Below are positions 25,626-29,556 of a stretch of 29,556 nucleotides of DNA, in pieces. The notes beneath the pieces are model-generated. The model saw only the letters and a list, made by a program, of their open reading frames with translations, had not been told where the DNA came from and searched no databases. Positions within the stretch are counted from its first letter, which is position 1. Each line of letters begins with the position of its first letter. The stretch lies in IMG/VR virus record IMGVR_UViG_3300042894_006610, positions 1-29,556 of that record; one strand, written 5' to 3'. This DNA comes from a virus (taxonomy: Duplodnaviria > Caudoviricetes). The position numbers were made by a program, and so were the translations under genes.

Positions 25626-28600
25626 TTATGAATTTACACCTTTGATTACAGCAAATTGAAGCACAGGAGCTTCTGTTGTAGTCCCACCTGTTGTGTAAAA
25701 AGTAATATCAAAACTACTCGCCGCAACATTAGTAACAAAAGTTAAATATTTGTCAGTTCCCGATTTTTGATTTACAATAACTACATCAGTAGCAGCAACG
25801 GTATTATTAGTAACAGTAAATGTATTTGGAGTGGTTGATCCTGCAGCAGAAAATAAAGTAATTGCTCCTGTAATTTTATTTAATGTGACCCCGTTAGCTC
25901 TTGAAGTAATTTGACCTATTGTTCCACCTGCACCTGTTACGTATCCAATTTGACTAGTAGCATTAAATATGTTCGCACTAATTACATTAGCACCGCTAAT
26001 ATTTCCACCTGATCCTGCCCCTGTCACAAGATTTGATGCAGTTAATGTACCTGAAACATTAACACCTGTGCCTGTAACTACAACCACATTAGCATTACCT
26101 GCTGCACTTAAATTAATATTTCCATTAGCCGCAGGTATTGATACATTACTATTGCCATTGCTGATACTACTTGTGCTAATTGTTGTCCAACTTAAATTAC
26201 CACTGCCATTTGTTGTTAAAATTTGACCATTACTACCGCCTGTAATAATGACATTACCAACTGCACCAAGATTTGATATTCCTGCTACACTTATACCCGC
26301 ACCTGAAACAACTAATACATTAGCATTACCTGCTGCACTTAAATTAATATTTCCATTAGCCGCAGGTATTGATACATTACTATTGCCATTACTAATACTA
26401 CTTGTGCTAATTGTTGTCCAACTTAAATTACCGCTACCATTGGTGCTAAGTACTTGACCATCACTGCCCCCTGTGATAATGACATTACCTACAGCACCAA
26501 GGTTTGATACCCCTGCTACACTTATACCCGCACCTGAAACAACTAATACGTTAGCATTACCTGCTGAACTAATATTAACGTTGCCATTGGCTGCAGGTAT
26601 TGATACGTTACTATTGCCATTACTAATACTACTTGTGCTAATTGTTGTCCAACTTAAATTACCGCTACCATTGGTGCTAAGTACTTGACCATTACTACCA
26701 CCTGTAATAATAACATTACCTACTGCACCAAGATTTGATACACCTGCTACATTCAGTGTAATCGCAACATTCATCGTATTAGCACTAATTATATTAGCAC
26801 CGCTAATATTTCCACCTGATCCTGCACCTGTCACTAGATTTGATGCAGTTAATGTACCTGCGACATTAACGCCTGTACCTGATACAACAACCACGTTGGC
26901 ATTGCCTGATGCACTTAAATTAATATTTCCATCTGCAGTAGGTATCGATACGTTACTATTGCCATTATTAATACTTGATGAACTAAATGATACCCAGCTT
27001 AAATTTCCGCTGCCATTTGTACTAAGAACTTGACCATTACTGCCACCTGTAATAATTACATTGCCTACTGCACCAAGATTTGATACACCTGCCACATTTA
27101 ACGCAGTTGCTGCATTTACTGTATTGGCACTGAGAACATTTACCCCTGAAACATTACCGCCTGTTCCACCACCTGCTACAATACTTAATGCAGTTAATGT
27201 ACCTGAGACATTTACACCTGTACCTGTTACAACAACAACATTAGCGTTACCTGCTGAACTAATATTAACGTTCCCATTAGCAGCAGGTATAGACACATTA
27301 CTATTGCCATTACTAATACTTGATGAACTAATTGATACCCAACTTAAATTTCCACTTCCATTTGTGCTTAATACCTGTCCATTACTACCACCTGTAATAA
27401 TGACATTGCCTACTGAACCAAGGTTTGATACACCCGTGGCTATAAGTCCTGTAGTGCCAATATTACCTACATTTGCGTTACCTGAAACATTTAATGTTCC
27501 TGTAACATTTGTTCCTGTGCCAGTTATTACAACTACATTAGCGTTTCCTTCCGCACTTAAATTAATATTTCCATTAGCAGCAGGTATAGACACATTACTA
27601 TTGCCATTACTAATACTTGATGAACTAATTGATACCCAACTTAAGTTTCCACTACCATTGGTGCTTAGAACTTGACCATTACTACCACCTGTAATAATGA
27701 CATTGCCTACTGAACCAAGGTTTGATACACCTGCTATATTCAGTGTAGTAGAAACATTCAATGTATTAGCACTAATTACATTTGCACCACTAATATTTCC
27801 ACCTGATCCTGCCCCTGCAGTTATTCCTGAAGTAGTAACAACTATTACATTTGCAGTACCCCCAACTGACATAGTAATATTTCCATTTGCAGCAGGTATG
27901 CTGACATTGCTATTGCCATTACTAATACTACTTGTGTTAATTGTTGTCCAACTTAAATTACCACTACCATTTGTACTGAGTACTTGACCGTTACTGCCCC
28001 CCGTAATAATTACATTACCCACTGCACCAAGATTTGATACTCCTGATACACTTAAAGAACCTACTGCCAACGGAGCTAAAGTTGCATTAGCAAAGTCAAT
28101 AATAGTATTTGGTTGTACAGCTAAATCTGTAAATAATTTCCATGTACGGTTAGCGTCACTAGCATCTCGTGCAAATCCTGTGAATTTTTCAGCACCATCA
28201 TTATATTCGCCAACAAATCCTAAATCTACAGTATCACCTGAATTATTAGCACCAATAAATATCAACGGATCGCCAACAACTAAATCAGTTACATTAGAAT
28301 AATTTAAATTACCACTAATAGTCATATTACCTGTTATTGATACATTTCCTGTTATATTGGCACCACCTGCTGATATTGTAAATCCATTACCTACAACTAT
28401 ATTACCTGTTGTTGTTAAATTTGATAATATTCCAATACTTGTTATATTTGGTTGAGAAGCAGTAGTCAATGTGCCTGTTAAATAATTAGCTGTTACCGTA
28501 TTGCCTAAGTTAGCATTAGATGCAGTAATCGTACCTGCAATATTTGCACCAATTCCTGTAACAACTAATATGTTAGAATTACCCGCTACGCTAATATTAA

Positions 28601-29556
28601 CATTACCATTAGCTGCAGGTATATTTACATTACTATTACCATTTGAAACACTTGTTCCACTTGGCAAACCCGTTAATTGACTACCATTACCTAAGAAATA
28701 TGAAGCAGTTACGTTTGCACTGAAATTACCTGTATTAGCACTAACTACATTAGCACCGCTAATATTTCCACCTGATCCTGCTCCCGCAGTTATTCCTGAA
28801 GTAGTAACAACTATGACATTTGCAGTACCCCCTACTGACATAGTAATATTACCGTTAGCAGCAGGTATGCTGACATTACTGTTGCCATTGCTAATACCAC
28901 TTGCACTTAAGGTAACCCAACTTAAGTTTCCACTACCATTAGTGGATAAAAATTGTCCATTACTTCCACCTGTAATAATTACGTTAGCATTAGAGCCAAG
29001 ATTAGATACACCTGCTACATTTAAAGCTACCGCAGCATTAACAGTATTGGCACTGAGAACATTAACCCCTGTAATATTACCGCCTGAACCCCCGCCTGTA
29101 ACAATACTTGTTGCATTTAACGTACCTGTAACATTTACACCATTGCCTGTAACAACAACTACATTGGCATTACCCGCTGAACTAATGTTTACATTACCAT
29201 TTGCAGCAGGTATAGACACATTACTATTACCATTACTAATACTTGAGGAACTAAATGATACCCAACTTAAATTTCCACTTCCATTTGTACTAAGAACTTG
29301 ACCATTACTGCCACCTGTAATAATTACGTTGCCAACAGGTCCTAAGTTCGATACGCCTGTAGCTATAAGTCCTGTAGTACCAATATTTCCTACATTTGCG
29401 TTACCTGAAACATTTAATGTTCCTGTAACATTAGCACCCGTACCTGTTACAACAACAATATTAGCATTACCTGCTGAACTAATATTAACGTTGCCATTGG
29501 CTGCAGGTATTGATACGTTACTATTGCCATTACTAATACTTGATGAACTAATTGAT
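25626..29556 (-). CDS. Long repetitive tail-fibre-like protein (5' end beyond the window; at least 1309 aa)
   Basis: The frame is open from the right edge (SISSSSISNGNSNVSIPAANG...), so track start 29219 is an internal Val; 9 copies of GQ.L.TNGSGNLSW; non-repetitive C-terminal domain GYVTGAGGT...GVTLNK...FAVIKG. Confidence 0.85.
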   Translation of the reverse strand, partial: SISSSSISNGNSNVSIPAANGNVNISSAGNANIVVVTGTGANVTGTLNVSGNANVGNIGTTGLIATGVSNLGPVGNVIITGGSNGQVLSTNGSGNLSWVSFSSSSISNGNSNVSIPAANGNVNISSAGNANVVVVTGNGVNVTGTLNATSIVTGGGSGGNITGVNVLSANTVNAAVALNVAGVSNLGSNANVIITGGSNGQFLSTNGSGNLSWVTLSASGISNGNSNVSIPAANGNITMSVGGTANVIVVTTSGITAGAGSGGNISGANVVSANTGNFSANVTASYFLGNGSQLTGLPSGTSVSNGNSNVNIPAANGNVNISVAGNSNILVVTGIGANIAGTITASNANLGNTVTANYLTGTLTTASQPNITSIGILSNLTTTGNIVVGNGFTISAGGANITGNVSITGNMTISGNLNYSNVTDLVVGDPLIFIGANNSGDTVDLGFVGEYNDGAEKFTGFARDASDANRTWKLFTDLAVQPNTIIDFANATLAPLAVGSLSVSGVSNLGAVGNVIITGGSNGQVLSTNGSGNLSWTTINTSSISNGNSNVSIPAANGNITMSVGGTANVIVVTTSGITAGAGSGGNISGANVISANTLNVSTTLNIAGVSNLGSVGNVIITGGSNGQVLSTNGSGNLSWVSISSSSISNGNSNVSIPAANGNINLSAEGNANVVVITGTGTNVTGTLNVSGNANVGNIGTTGLIATGVSNLGSVGNVIITGGSNGQVLSTNGSGNLSWVSISSSSISNGNSNVSIPAANGNVNISSAGNANVVVVTGTGVNVSGTLTALSIVAGGGTGGNVSGVNVLSANTVNAATALNVAGVSNLGAVGNVIITGGSNGQVLSTNGSGNLSWVSFSSSSINNGNSNVSIPTADGNINLSASGNANVVVVSGTGVNVAGTLTASNLVTGAGSGGNISGANIISANTMNVAITLNVAGVSNLGAVGNVIITGGSNGQVLSTNGSGNLSWTTISTSSISNGNSNVSIPAANGNVNISSAGNANVLVVSGAGISVAGVSNLGAVGNVIITGGSDGQVLSTNGSGNLSWTTISTSSISNGNSNVSIPAANGNINLSAAGNANVLVVSGAGISVAGISNLGAVGNVIITGGSNGQILTTNGSGNLSWTTISTSSISNGNSNVSIPAANGNINLSAAGNANVVVVTGTGVNVSGTLTASNLVTGAGSGGNISGANVISANIFNATSQIGYVTGAGGTIGQITSRANGVTLNKITGAITLFSAAGSTTPNTFTVTNNTVAATDVVIVNQKSGTDKYLTFVTNVAASSFDITFYTTGGTTTEAPVLQFAVIKGVNS
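25970..29556 (-). repeat. Interspersed coding repeats with a constant core and variable spacers (minimum period 231 bp / 77 aa)
   Basis: 26086-26159 is identical to 26317-26390; higher-order matches at offsets 969 and 1923 bp. Confidence 0.85.

Noticed and set aside
25969-29301. Six + strand ORFs up to 204 aa with repeated LLLPLLI motifs
   Set aside because: Antisense mirror of the repetitive fibre gene; they repeat in step with it and lack start signals
25626-29556. Dense N-x-S/T sequons suggesting N-glycosylation or a eukaryotic virus
   Set aside because: Expected from the Asn/Ser/Thr-rich composition; SD sites, sheath and tube genes indicate a bacteriophage
1-29556. Stop-codon reassignment, tRNA genes, introns or inteins
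   Set aside because: Coding density is near complete under the standard code with TAA, TAG and TGA all used as stops; no gap shows a tRNA cloverleaf; no splice motifs recognised in the enlarged proteins

Overview
AT-rich fragment of a large T4-like (contractile-tailed) dsDNA bacteriophage, covering a virion-structure region. It holds an enlarged tail sheath (1206 aa), a tail tube and a tube-like paralogue, a gp4-like head-completion nuclease, neck/tail-completion proteins (gp13-, gp14-, gp15-like) and a candidate small terminase. These are interleaved with nucleotide-metabolism and auxiliary genes (dNMP kinase, MazG-like, Nudix, 2OG-Fe(II) oxygenase) and a degenerate HNH/Zn-finger gene. Over 40% of the window is repetitive fibre genes: three paralogues built from a shared N-terminal peptide, 96-aa (288-bp) FN3-like repeats and (where visible) glycine-rich tip domains, plus a long Asn/Gly/Ser-rich fibre running off the right end. 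Most notable points: a modular FN3-stalk/Gly-rich-tip family with signs of sequence exchange and cassette insertion; a compact three-hairpin 5' leader; a probable AUU start codon; a recurring TAAATA late-promoter motif with apparently leaderless genes; a perfect 16-bp palindrome between divergent promoters; and a missed zinc-ribbon ORF. All family assignments come from motif recognition by eye, not database searches.
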